From positions 8,065-72,064 of the forward strand of contig JAZOQG010000070.1 in the NCBI GenBank assembly GCA_045656005.1: 64,000 nucleotides of DNA, read 5' to 3'. Within the stretch, counting starts at the first letter, position 1. Every line of letters begins with the position of its first letter. Shown piece after piece: positions 42,195 through 52,148 of this stretch. A program made the translations under genes and the position numbers. The notes under the pieces were generated by a model. That model searched no databases. It worked only from the letters and a program-made list of their open reading frames with translations, and was not told the origin of the DNA. Origin of the DNA: Clostridia bacterium (GTDB lineage Bacteria > Bacillota > Clostridia > UMGS1883 > UMGS1540).

Positions 42195-42301
42195 AAAGAT
42201 GCCTCAAACCGATTTTTGGGTTTGTGGCAATATGATTTTACGTTTGAAGCAAAAAATGTCATAGAAGGCGTTTTAAGGCACAAAGAGAGGGTGAACCAAA
42301 A

Positions 42302-42730
42302 ATGAAGAAAAAAGGCGGGTATTTTTTAATATACACTATCATACTTTTTTCAGTTGCTTTTATACTGATTTTGTTTTCCTCATTTACGGGCATGAGATAC
42401 AAAGATGCACAGTATGAAAAAAGCAAACTTTTTCAGGGTGCGCAGGAATCGGTTTTGGTTTTAACTGAGAAAAATGAATCCCTGGAAAAAGAAAATAATG
42501 AGCTTAAAAAACAAAGCGGAGATTTTCAAAAAGAAAAATCAGAATTTCAAGAAAAACTTCTTCAGAATGAAACAGTTATGAAAAATATGGACATGCTTTC
42601 AGAAGCGCAAGATTTATACTATAACAAAAACTATTCAAAAGCAAGAACAGTTTTTGAGCTTATAGACATAACTGCTTTAACGGAGAACGGAAGTAAGCTT
42701 TACAGCAGTTTGAAAGTCAGATTATACTAA
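42302..42730 (+). CDS. Membrane-anchored coiled-coil protein, unknown function
   Basis: N-terminal TM, E/K-rich heptad region. Confidence 0.45.
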   Translation: MKKKGGYFLIYTIILFSVAFILILFSSFTGMRYKDAQYEKSKLFQGAQESVLVLTEKNESLEKENNELKKQSGDFQKEKSEFQEKLLQNETVMKNMDMLSEAQDLYYNKNYSKARTVFELIDITALTENGSKLYSSLKVRLY

Positions 42731-42752
42731 ATCCACAAAGGAGAGATTTTAA

Positions 42753-44033
42753 ATGTTAGACATTAAGGTAATCAGAACAGAAACAGAGCGTGTAAAGAAA
42801 GCTCTGGCACGCAGAAAAGAGAACGTTGACATTGATGCGGTTATAGCTCTTGATGAGAATCGCAGAGAGCTTTTATTCAAGGTTGAATCTCTTAAGGCAA
42901 AACAAAATGAAGTTACAAAACAAATACCCGTGCTTAAAAAGGAAGGCAAGGATACTACTGAAGTTTTTGCAGAAATGAAAAAGCTTTCCGATGAAATAAA
43001 AGCATTTGATGTAGAGGTAAGAGAAGCCGAGGATGCTCTTTACAAAATGCTCCTTACAATTCCTAATATTCCTAACGATACAGTTCCTGATGGTGATACC
43101 GACGAGGACAACGTTGAAATAAGAAGATTTGGTGAGCCTACAGAATTTCCTTTTGAAGCGAAGCCTCACTGGGAACTTGGCGAAAAACTTGACATACTTG
43201 ATTTTGCAATGGCAGGAAAAATTACGGGTGCAAGATTTACAGTTTATAAAGGTCTTGGTGCAAGACTTGAAAGAGCAGTTATAAGCTATTTCCTTGATAA
43301 ACACACACTTGAAAACGGATATACTGAAATTCTTCCTCCATACATGGTACACAGAAACAGCATGGTCGGAACAGGACAGCTTCCTAAATTCGAAGAAGAT
43401 GCATTTAAGGTTGTGGATACAGATTACTTTCTTATTCCGACAGCAGAAGTTCCTGTAACAAACTTATACAGAGAAAGCATTATAGACGGAGCAAAGCTTC
43501 CAATAAAGCACGCTGCATATTCCGCATGCTTTAGGGCAGAAGCAGGCTCTGCAGGAAGAGACACAAGAGGTCTTATCAGACAGCATCAGTTTAACAAGGT
43601 TGAGCTTGTTAAATTCACAAGACCAGAGGATTCTTATGAGGAACTTGAAAAGCTCACAAACGATGCTGAAAGTGTATTGAAAGGACTTGGGCTTCCTTAC
43701 AGAGTTGTAAAAATATGCATAGGCGATTTAGGCTTTACTCCTGCAATGAAATATGACATTGAAGTTTGGATGCCAAGCTACGGAAGATACGTTGAAATTT
43801 CTTCATGCAGTAACTTTGAAGATTACCAGGCAAGAAGAGCAGGCATAAGATTTAAAGACGATATTAAGAGCAAAGCTCAGTACGTTCATACATTAAATGG
43901 TAGTGGTGTTGCAGTTGGAAGAACTGTTGCGGCTATTATGGAAAACTATCAGCAGGGTGACGGAAGCGTTATAATTCCTGAAGCTTTGAGACCTTACATG
44001 GGTGGAGCAGAAAAAATATCCGTTAACATATAA
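42753..44033 (+). CDS. serS: Serine--tRNA ligase
   Basis: N-terminal coiled coil, class II motifs. Confidence 0.9.
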   Translation: MLDIKVIRTETERVKKALARRKENVDIDAVIALDENRRELLFKVESLKAKQNEVTKQIPVLKKEGKDTTEVFAEMKKLSDEIKAFDVEVREAEDALYKMLLTIPNIPNDTVPDGDTDEDNVEIRRFGEPTEFPFEAKPHWELGEKLDILDFAMAGKITGARFTVYKGLGARLERAVISYFLDKHTLENGYTEILPPYMVHRNSMVGTGQLPKFEEDAFKVVDTDYFLIPTAEVPVTNLYRESIIDGAKLPIKHAAYSACFRAEAGSAGRDTRGLIRQHQFNKVELVKFTRPEDSYEELEKLTNDAESVLKGLGLPYRVVKICIGDLGFTPAMKYDIEVWMPSYGRYVEISSCSNFEDYQARRAGIRFKDDIKSKAQYVHTLNGSGVAVGRTVAAIMENYQQGDGSVIIPEALRPYMGGAEKISVNI

Positions 44034-44046
44034 GAGGTAAATACCA

Positions 44047-44844
44047 ATGAAAACACTGATAAATTTGTTGTTGCCCATATTAATCGCATTTATTGCATTT
44101 GCCAAAGGCGGTCCTATTATCGGTTTTGCAGCTGTGATTATAATGCTTGTTTATTATATCCGCAAACATTTGCCTGAGATTTATATACTTATGGCAAAAT
44201 TTAACTATCTGAAAGACAATGAAAAGATGTTTGCGCTTTTGGAGAAGGCATACAAAACTGGCAGAATGAAGCCTGACCATAAAATTTATTATGGGTATAT
44301 GTGCATGCGCGAGGGAAAGTATGATGAGGCGGAGAGGCTTTATAATGCCGCCCTTGCACTCCAGAAAGATGAGGGAGTAATAGCAAGAGCCAAGACAAAT
44401 GTTGCACTGCTTCTCTGGAAAAAAGGAAGCATTGATGATGCGGTTTCCATGATGGATGAGGTATATGAAAAATATAAATCAACTGTTGTTTACGGGAATT
44501 ACGGATATTTGCTTTTGGAGAAAAAAGACCTTCAGAAAGCACTTGAGGTAAATCTTGCGGGTTATGATTATGACAGTCAAAGTGATATTATATGCGATAA
44601 TCTTGCACAAAATTATTATATGCTTGGAAATTATGAAGAAAGCAGAAAGTATGCAGAGGAGGTAATTGCAAGAAATCCTCAGTTCCCGATGCCATATTAT
44701 AATTATGCAAAAACACTTGTTGCATTAGAGGAAAAGGAAAAGGCTGCAGAAATGCTGAAAAAGGCGCTTACATACCCATTTTCCGGTGTTGCGGCAATTA
44801 CCAAAGAAGAGGTTGAAAATCTTCTTCTAAACCTTACAAATTAA
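44047..44844 (+). CDS. TPR-repeat protein with N-terminal membrane segments
   Basis: TM at N-terminus, TPR-like helical repeats. Confidence 0.5.
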   Translation: MKTLINLLLPILIAFIAFAKGGPIIGFAAVIIMLVYYIRKHLPEIYILMAKFNYLKDNEKMFALLEKAYKTGRMKPDHKIYYGYMCMREGKYDEAERLYNAALALQKDEGVIARAKTNVALLLWKKGSIDDAVSMMDEVYEKYKSTVVYGNYGYLLLEKKDLQKALEVNLAGYDYDSQSDIICDNLAQNYYMLGNYEESRKYAEEVIARNPQFPMPYYNYAKTLVALEEKEKAAEMLKKALTYPFSGVAAITKEEVENLLLNLTN

Positions 44845-44911
44845 AGTTGACATATTTAAAATGATATGATATTATAAAATAAGTTGTAGTATGTTTTGAA
44901 GGGTTGATACA

Positions 44912-45619
44912 ATGGATAACGAAATGTCATCTTTTGGCATAGAAAAAATAATAAAATTATTCTTTGAAAAATGGTACATTTTTGTGGCATTGCTTTCAGC
45001 ATGCCTTATTGCTTGTACAGTCTATTGTTTTGGTTTTCTTCAGGAGCATTATGTTGCGGTAACAACAATTTACGTAACAGAAGAAGTTCAGGAAGACAAA
45101 AACGAAAATACTGAGCTTATTGTAAATGAAGAAAGAGCAAAAGACTATAAGATTATTGCAACAAGCAACCGAGTGCTTGACAAAGTTAAATCAAAATATC
45201 CTGATATTTATATTAAACCTTCAAATGTATCTGTAAAAGAATATCCCGATACAAGAATTTTTGAAATATCAGTAAAGGATGCGGACCCTTATAATGCAGC
45301 AACAGTAGTTAATGAGATTACAAGGGTAATGATTGATGAAGTACATGACATAATCAGCAAAAATAACATAAGAGTTATAGATTTTGCGGATGTTCCAACC
45401 GTTCCGGTAAAGGGTAGAATTTATGTTTATTATATTCTTGCACTTGTTGCCGCTATATTTGTTACACTTATTATAATTTTGCTTTATGAAATTTTTGACA
45501 ACAAGGTAAAAGGTCCTGAGGATTATAGTGAAAGATTTGATATTCCTATTCTTGGAATGATTCCCAGATATGATATTTATGAAGATTTTGAAAAAATAAA
45601 GGAAAAAGGGAATAAGTGA
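44912..45619 (+). CDS. Wzz/CpsC-like polysaccharide chain-length determinant
   Basis: Two TMs flanking a periplasmic-type domain. Confidence 0.65.
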   Translation: MDNEMSSFGIEKIIKLFFEKWYIFVALLSACLIACTVYCFGFLQEHYVAVTTIYVTEEVQEDKNENTELIVNEERAKDYKIIATSNRVLDKVKSKYPDIYIKPSNVSVKEYPDTRIFEISVKDADPYNAATVVNEITRVMIDEVHDIISKNNIRVIDFADVPTVPVKGRIYVYYILALVAAIFVTLIIILLYEIFDNKVKGPEDYSERFDIPILGMIPRYDIYEDFEKIKEKGNK

Positions 45620-45626
45620 GTTTGTT

Positions 45627-46325
45627 ATGATTAAAAAGAACAATAATCATGAAAGAAAATATGTGAATTTCCCAACGGATTCGCCAATTGCTGAGGCTTA
45701 CAGGGTTCTTCGTACCAACATTGAATTTTCTAATTCATTAAACCCCATAAAAACTGTGCTCATAACAAGTTCAGTGCTTGGTGAAGGTAAATCCACAACG
45801 GTAGTAAATCTTGGTAAGATTTTTGCTATTGGCGGTACAAAAACGCTAATAATGGACCTTGATTTAAGAAGACCTGTGGTTCACAAAATATTGTCCATTG
45901 ACGCAAAAGACAAGGGGCTTACATCGTTGTTTCTTGAGAAAAACAGTATTGAAGAGATTATTTTGCCTACCGGAGTTGAGAATTTATCCGTAATAACCTG
46001 CGGAACAACTCCGTTAAATCCTGCTGAGCTTCTTTCATCAAAAAAACTCGAAGAAACTGTATCAAGACTTCGTGAGATGTTTGACCTTATTATATTTGAT
46101 TCACCTCCTGCCGTTGCACTTGCCGATGCAGGTATTATATCAAGAATGGCAGATGCTACAATTTTGGTTGTTTCATCGGGTAAGGTTACATATTCTGATG
46201 TTGAAGCATCAAAAACAAATCTTGTAAATGCAGGTGCAAATATTTTGGGTGTTGTAATGAATAACGTTACAAGGCAGTCAAGAGGATATAAATATTATAA
46301 ATACGATTATTACGGTTACAGATAA
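45627..46325 (+). CDS. CpsD/CapB-family tyrosine-protein kinase (BY-kinase)
   Basis: Walker A GEGKST, Walker A'/B DLDLRRP, C-terminal Tyr cluster YKYYKYDYYGY. Confidence 0.8.
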   Translation: MIKKNNNHERKYVNFPTDSPIAEAYRVLRTNIEFSNSLNPIKTVLITSSVLGEGKSTTVVNLGKIFAIGGTKTLIMDLDLRRPVVHKILSIDAKDKGLTSLFLEKNSIEEIILPTGVENLSVITCGTTPLNPAELLSSKKLEETVSRLREMFDLIIFDSPPAVALADAGIISRMADATILVVSSGKVTYSDVEASKTNLVNAGANILGVVMNNVTRQSRGYKYYKYDYYGYR

Positions 46326-46339
46326 AGTTTTGCTTTTAA

Positions 46340-46375
46340 TATCGGCAGCACATCCCTTTGTGTTGCCGATATTTG
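46340..46375 (+). terminator. Hairpin (atcggcagcac...gtgttgccgat) after the BY-kinase gene
   Basis: 11-bp stem with one mismatch. Confidence 0.4.
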
Positions 46376-46391
46376 AGATTTTGGAGGTTTT

Positions 46392-48743
46392 ATGAAAAAA
46401 ACAGCTGTTTTTATGAGTTTAATATTGGTTTTAAATCTGATCCTGTTCACACCTGTGTCAGCACAGCAGATTATAGCAGAGCCTACAGTTGTTTCGGGTT
46501 ACGGACATGTACTGGGACTTAATCGGTATGGGCGAGTTTTTGCGGCAGGTGATAATACATATGGGCAGAGCCTTGTGTTTAACTGGTCTGATGTTGTAGG
46601 GATTGCTGCAGGTAAATATTTTTCGGCAGGCCTTCGCAGAGATGGAACTGTTGTGGTAGCAGGAAAGTATCAAAGCGGGAGTGACTATTTGGAATTTGAC
46701 GCGTCAGAACTTGAGGAAATAGTGCAGATTTCTGCAGGAGATAATTTTCTTGCTGCTCTTAGCGAAGACGGTGAAGTATTTGTATTAGGAAATGATAATG
46801 AAGGAAAGATAAATACTGAGAACTGGAGTCACATTAAAAAAATAGCATGCGGAATTGGTCACGTTGTTGGTATAAAAAAAGAAGACGGAACTTGTGTAGG
46901 TGCAGGAGAAGGCAGTAAAACAGAACTTGATAAATTCAATAATATTACTGATATTTATGCCGGGGCGGACCTTACAGTTTTAAAAGATGCAGATGGTAAA
47001 TTTTTTTATGCTGGAGATCCTGTATCTGTTAACGGTGATAAAAAATTTGAAGATTATTGGAATGAACGTGACTGGAATAATATAAAAGACATAATTATTT
47101 TCCCTGATTCAAGAGATAGCGGAATTGTAATTGCTATAAAAAACGACGGAAGCATTGTTGTGGATAATAATGAATTTGTAAAAGAAGAAAATTTCGGAGA
47201 TGGAGAGAGTAAAATAAAATTAAAAACCATAGCAATAAAAAGAGAAGCAACCAGTAATTTGTATGCAATCTGCCTTTCTGCTGACAATGATGCTTCAGTA
47301 ATTGGGAAATTTTCCGCGGAACCGGAAGAACATTCGAAATTTATTGACCAGATTTCTCAGTTTGATTTGGAAATGGAACCTTTGGAAAAGGTTTATATAA
47401 AAGAACCGCAGGTTGTTGTAGCATATAATACAGTTGCATTTGTTTTGCCTGATGGAAAAGTTAAGAGCATTGGAAAAAAAGATTTATCTTTATTCGCGGG
47501 CATAAAACAATTGTCTGCAGATATGGGATTTGGCGAGAATGATGTTTTTATCGGTGTAGATAACGAAGGTAATACTGTTTCAAGTATAGAAAATGATGCA
47601 TGGCTTGATGACTGGATGGGAGTTTTAAAGGTTGCACCTACTGTATGTAGCCAAAGTCAAAAAATAGCAGCTGCACTCAGATGGGATAAAAGAATGATTT
47701 GTTATTACAAAAAAAGTTCTCTTGAACCCGAAAAGGAATATATAATCAAAAAAGATAATGTTGTTGATGTTACATGCGGAAATTTCTATATTGCTTATTT
47801 GACGGAAAATGGGGATGTTGACGTAGAAGTAATAGAAGAGAATTCAAAGAGATATCCTTTTCAGAAAATGGAGGGGATTGAAAGGTTATACGGAGGCCTC
47901 AATCATATTGTAGGTCTTAAAAACGACGGAACATGCGTTGCAGCAGGTGGTTCAACAACAGGAAATGCAGCAGAGTGTGAAATTGGTAATTGGACAAATA
48001 TAAAAGATGTTGTCGCGGGGGATAGATTTACTGTGGGCCTTAAAAGTGACGGAACATGTGAATTTACCGGTTATGAAAAAACGGATCGGTTAAAACTGCG
48101 GGACGCTATTTTAAAAACAAGTGGTGATGACACAGAATATTGGGAAAATGTAGCGCAGCTTTATGGTTCTGCAAACACAGTTGTAGCATATAAAAATGAT
48201 GGCTTTTTTGAATATGCAACATGGTCTAGTGAAGATTTAAGTCAGATTGAAAACACTTACTACAAGGATAACACATTTTACACGTTTAAAGTAGAAAAAA
48301 ATGTGGCTACAGTTGAATATTATTCAGATGAGGACTTAGATGTTTATTTTTCGTATTTTGACGAAGAAGGACGTCCTGTAGGGTTTGAAAAGAAAGTGCT
48401 CGAGCCTGTTCCTACCCTGATAAAGGAAGTGTTTAAAAATGAAAAGTCACATTCATTTAGTGTGAGCGTAGGAAAGCCTACTGCAGACAAAATGAAGTTT
48501 TATATGGAGCACAAAGCAGAAGGTGACACGGTAAAAATAAGCCATTGTGCCCTGGAGGGGCAGAGAATAATGCTTGCATTTTATGATAACGATAAAAATA
48601 TGCTTGACATTAAGGTGAGAACACTCAAAGAAAGCAATTCTATGATACCAACACCATTTACCGCTATGGATGCAACAAAATATAAACTTTTTATTTGCAA
48701 CGGAGGACTTCCGCTTTATTTAGGCGAAGGGGATTTAAACTAA
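46392..48743 (+). CDS. Secreted protein with N-terminal RCC1-like beta-propeller repeats and uncharacterised C-terminal half
   Basis: Signal peptide; repeated G-H/N-x-V/L-G/A-L-x-x-D-G-x-V motifs. Confidence 0.55.
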   Translation: MKKTAVFMSLILVLNLILFTPVSAQQIIAEPTVVSGYGHVLGLNRYGRVFAAGDNTYGQSLVFNWSDVVGIAAGKYFSAGLRRDGTVVVAGKYQSGSDYLEFDASELEEIVQISAGDNFLAALSEDGEVFVLGNDNEGKINTENWSHIKKIACGIGHVVGIKKEDGTCVGAGEGSKTELDKFNNITDIYAGADLTVLKDADGKFFYAGDPVSVNGDKKFEDYWNERDWNNIKDIIIFPDSRDSGIVIAIKNDGSIVVDNNEFVKEENFGDGESKIKLKTIAIKREATSNLYAICLSADNDASVIGKFSAEPEEHSKFIDQISQFDLEMEPLEKVYIKEPQVVVAYNTVAFVLPDGKVKSIGKKDLSLFAGIKQLSADMGFGENDVFIGVDNEGNTVSSIENDAWLDDWMGVLKVAPTVCSQSQKIAAALRWDKRMICYYKKSSLEPEKEYIIKKDNVVDVTCGNFYIAYLTENGDVDVEVIEENSKRYPFQKMEGIERLYGGLNHIVGLKNDGTCVAAGGSTTGNAAECEIGNWTNIKDVVAGDRFTVGLKSDGTCEFTGYEKTDRLKLRDAILKTSGDDTEYWENVAQLYGSANTVVAYKNDGFFEYATWSSEDLSQIENTYYKDNTFYTFKVEKNVATVEYYSDEDLDVYFSYFDEEGRPVGFEKKVLEPVPTLIKEVFKNEKSHSFSVSVGKPTADKMKFYMEHKAEGDTVKISHCALEGQRIMLAFYDNDKNMLDIKVRTLKESNSMIPTPFTAMDATKYKLFICNGGLPLYLGEGDLN

Positions 48744-48744
48744 C

Positions 48745-49890
48745 ATGGACAAATATATTTATTACATCTGGCTTAATTTAATGAATTTTCCTGCGGATTT
48801 TGCGGCAAGGATTGTAGAATATTTTGGCGGTGCCAAAGGAGTATATGAAGCGGAAAAAGAGGATTTTGAAGAGTGTGAATTTGTGCTTCCGAAACACATG
48901 GAAAAGCTACTTGACAAAAAACTTAAAAAGTCAGAAGCAGAGTATAAGAGAGCACAAAAACTAGGCATTTCATTTGTATGCATAGAGGACGAAATATATC
49001 CTAAAAATCTTTTAAATATCTATGACCCGCCTATACTTTTGTATGCAAAAGGTGACATATCCCTTTTAAAAAGAGAGCTTTGTTTTTGCATAGTGGGTTC
49101 AAGGGAATGTTCGCCATATGGACTAACTGCCGCAATGCAGATTTCGTCTCAGCTTGCAGAGTGCGCAATGGTTATTGTAAGCGGACTTGCAATAGGAATA
49201 GACAGTGCGGCACATCAGGGAACTATGAAAGCAGATGGAAAAACAATAGGAGTTGCTGCGTGCGGAATAAATGTGGATTATCCTGCAGGAAATGGAGCGG
49301 TAAGAAGAAAAATAGCGGAAGAGGGACTTATTATAAGTGAATTTCCGCTGGACTACAATATTTTTCCGCATAATTTTCATAAGAGAAACAGAATAATGAG
49401 CGGTTTGTCTGTTGGTGTTGCGGTGATAGAAGCAGGACTTAAAAGCGGAGCACTTATAACTGCAAGGCATGCGAAAGAGCAAAACAGAGATGTTTTTTCT
49501 TTGCCGGGTAATATAACATCACGTACGGCGGCAGGGTGCAACAAACTTATAAGCGAAGGGGTTACACCTATTCTTGGTGCTGAAACAATACTTTCGGAAT
49601 ATCTTCCAAAATATCCTCACCTTTTTGAAATTGATGATTATTTTGAGGAATATAAAGCACAGCAGGAAAAAGAGGAAATTAAAATTTCTGATATTAAAGA
49701 GCAGTTTGATATGGGTGATGACAAAGATGAAAAATTTATATGCAAACTCCTTGAAAAGAGAGATATGAATTTTGAACAGCTCATTGAGGAAACAGGTTTT
49801 GAAACTTCAAAACTTAATGTACTTCTGACAACTATGCAGATAAACGGGCTTATATACGAAAAACCAGGAAGAAATTTTGCATTAAAGTAA
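48745..49890 (+). CDS. dprA: DNA processing protein DprA (Smf)
   Basis: GSRECSPYG...GIDSAAHQG Rossmann-like DprA core. Confidence 0.85.
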   Translation: MDKYIYYIWLNLMNFPADFAARIVEYFGGAKGVYEAEKEDFEECEFVLPKHMEKLLDKKLKKSEAEYKRAQKLGISFVCIEDEIYPKNLLNIYDPPILLYAKGDISLLKRELCFCIVGSRECSPYGLTAAMQISSQLAECAMVIVSGLAIGIDSAAHQGTMKADGKTIGVAACGINVDYPAGNGAVRRKIAEEGLIISEFPLDYNIFPHNFHKRNRIMSGLSVGVAVIEAGLKSGALITARHAKEQNRDVFSLPGNITSRTAAGCNKLISEGVTPILGAETILSEYLPKYPHLFEIDDYFEEYKAQQEKEEIKISDIKEQFDMGDDKDEKFICKLLEKRDMNFEQLIEETGFETSKLNVLLTTMQINGLIYEKPGRNFALK

Positions 49891-49962
49891 AAAACATATA
49901 TCTTGCAATAAAAGTTGATTTATGATAAAATAAAATCAGAAAGAATAAGGAGAGTGGAAAAA

Positions 49963-50682
49963 ATGAAAAAGATTTTTATACTTCTTTTGGCGATGCTTTT
50001 TGTGGTATCGGGCTGTGGTAAAAAGGCAGTAGATGAGGGTAAAGACTCGAAAGAGCCAGGTTCAGAAATTTCAGAAACCGCGAAAAAAGGTGAGTTTGAA
50101 AAGGTTGAGCCAAAGGTTGATGAGCCTATTGTCACAGAGGAAACTGTGCTTGGAGATTATACAAGTGAGTTTTTATCAAAATATGTAGAGGGCGGTTCTT
50201 ATTACATAGTACAAAACTCTGTAATTGACGGTGTTACAACAAAGGTTGAAATTGCCGTAAAAGGAGACAAAGCCTCCGAAAAAATCGGCAACGAAGTAAA
50301 GATTATTGACGGAGATATGCTCTACTATGTAATTCATGACAGCAAGGCAATTTTAACTTCTCCCGTTGCAATGTCCATGAAAGAAGGATTTACCGATTTT
50401 ATAAGTGTTAAAACTTCTGCTGAGGCACAAAGTGCACTCCAGAATACAGGTGAAGAAGAACTTCTGGGAGAAAAATTTGGCTTTGAAGAATTTAAAAATG
50501 CAGACGGCACAGTTGCAAAATACTATTATGATGATACGACACTCCGCTATGTAAAAGTAATTAAAGCAGATGGCGGAGAAGAGCTTATTCAGGTTGTACA
50601 GATTTCAACAAAAATTCCTGATGAGATGTTCAAAGTGCCTGACGGATATGTTATACAGGATTTAAGCAAAATGGGCCAATAA
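49963..50682 (+). CDS. Lipoprotein, unknown function
   Basis: Lipobox LFVVSGC; RBS AAGGAGAG. Confidence 0.55.
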   Translation: MKKIFILLLAMLFVVSGCGKKAVDEGKDSKEPGSEISETAKKGEFEKVEPKVDEPIVTEETVLGDYTSEFLSKYVEGGSYYIVQNSVIDGVTTKVEIAVKGDKASEKIGNEVKIIDGDMLYYVIHDSKAILTSPVAMSMKEGFTDFISVKTSAEAQSALQNTGEEELLGEKFGFEEFKNADGTVAKYYYDDTTLRYVKVIKADGGEELIQVVQISTKIPDEMFKVPDGYVIQDLSKMGQ

Positions 50683-50751
50683 AATATCGGCATCGATAAA
50701 ATGCACACAACGCAAAAAACAAATATGATATTTATTTTAATTTAATTAATG

Positions 50752-50782
50752 AAACCATTCGCTGTGGGCGAATGGTTTTATA
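50752..50782. terminator. Bidirectional hairpin terminator (accattcgc-tgtg-ggcgaatggt)
   Basis: 9-bp perfect stem + T-run. Confidence 0.65.
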
Positions 50783-50811
50783 TTTGATTGTTTTTTTACA
50801 CTCCCTTTGTT

Positions 50812-51564
50812 TTATTCAATTACTTCTGCATGCATGACAGATAGGGTGTTTTGTATATCAATGTCGGTCAGAATCACAATTTTATTATACTGTACATCTG
50901 AGATAAAGGTTATTGGCTCGCCCGAATATGTCCAAATTCCTATATCAGCCAGTTTATTTTCATGGTGAGCATAAAGAATGATTTTTTTGCCCACATACTC
51001 CTGCGGAGGAGTAATATAAACTTTAGAGGTTTTATCTTTAACAGTAAGTGTTGCACTTGCTGAGGTGTACCTGCAATTGCAATACATGTCTGCGTTGCCG
51101 TAAAAAACATTTTCATTTTCTATTAAATTAAAAGTTTCATCAATGAAACCGTTGTTTTCAATTGGAACACAGGCAAAACTTGTTTTTTTAATTCCGCTTC
51201 CAATAACTCTGAATTTAACCGTTGCCCATATTACATTATCATAAGATTTCATATCATCTGTTGAACAACACCAAAGAATTCCTTCTGCTTCTTGATAAAT
51301 CGCAAAATCAAGTATTGTATCCTGCGGGGCATTTACGGGTTTAGATTTTACAAATTCATATAATTCGGGGTCATAAGTTAAATAAAATTCAACTCCGCAA
51401 ATTTTGTTACCACTTGTGTTAATCATTATATCAATTTCAAATTCCTCGCCAATTTCTGCATATTTCGGGGCAGAAAGCCACACACTGTAAGGTGTATCTG
51501 CTGAAACGTTAACCATATTAATCCACATTAAAAATGCACATATTAAACTAAAAAATTTCTTCAT
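50812..51564 (-). CDS. Secreted protein with cohesin-like domain
   Basis: Signal peptide MKKFFSLICAFLMW; GVEFYLTYDPELYEFV resembles the cohesin signature; RBS GGGAG. Confidence 0.45.
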   Translation of the reverse strand: MKKFFSLICAFLMWINMVNVSADTPYSVWLSAPKYAEIGEEFEIDIMINTSGNKICGVEFYLTYDPELYEFVKSKPVNAPQDTILDFAIYQEAEGILWCCSTDDMKSYDNVIWATVKFRVIGSGIKKTSFACVPIENNGFIDETFNLIENENVFYGNADMYCNCRYTSASATLTVKDKTSKVYITPPQEYVGKKIILYAHHENKLADIGIWTYSGEPITFISDVQYNKIVILTDIDIQNTLSVMHAEVIE

Positions 51565-51719
51565 ATTCTTCACTCCCGCATATAGTTTTTCCAAAAGTAG
51601 TTTAATTATACACTAAAAGTTAATAAATGTCAACGCCTGCAGTTGTATTTATATCACCCTAAAAGTTTATTTGAATATAAAGTATAAAAGTGTAGAATAA
51701 TCAATAAGGATGTGATTAT

Positions 51720-52037
51720 ATGGCGAATATTGAAATAGGCATGAGAATTAGAAAACAAAGAGAACTTTTAGGGTATACGAGAGAAGAATTGGCAGAACGA
51801 CTGAATGTATCATCAAAATTTTGTTCCGATATTGAAAATGGTGCTAAAGGCATGAGTGTTGAAACTCTTTGTAAGTTGTCAAAGGAATTAATGCTTACAA
51901 CAGATTATATTCTTTTTGGAAAAACAAACACAGAGGTTGATGAAGAAATATTAAATCTTATAAATCTTTGTGACAAAGAAAAAAGCAGATATCTTAAAAA
52001 TATTATAAGAAATTTTATAAAAGCAAGCAATGAATAA
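51720..52037 (+). CDS. XRE-family HTH transcriptional regulator
   Basis: LGYTREELAERLNVSSKFCSDIENG HTH_3. Confidence 0.7.
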   Translation: MANIEIGMRIRKQRELLGYTREELAERLNVSSKFCSDIENGAKGMSVETLCKLSKELMLTTDYILFGKTNTEVDEEILNLINLCDKEKSRYLKNIIRNFIKASNE

Positions 52038-52063
52038 TGAGAGCGGATGCTCTCATTTTTTGA
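52038..52063 (+). terminator. Hairpin terminator (atgagagc-ggat-gctctcat + tttttg)
   Basis: Read directly. Confidence 0.65.
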
Positions 52064-52148
52064 TATGCATAAATTTTCCACTTTGTATAATAATAAATAT
52101 ATATTATTTTGCGGGGTGAGAAAAATTTTAAAAACATTTATAACAAGG

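Noticed and set aside
42195-42301. T-box or attenuator upstream of the 42302 gene and serS
   Set aside because: Only a weak hairpin (caaacc...ggtttg) after spo0J; agggtgaacc is not a T-box match.
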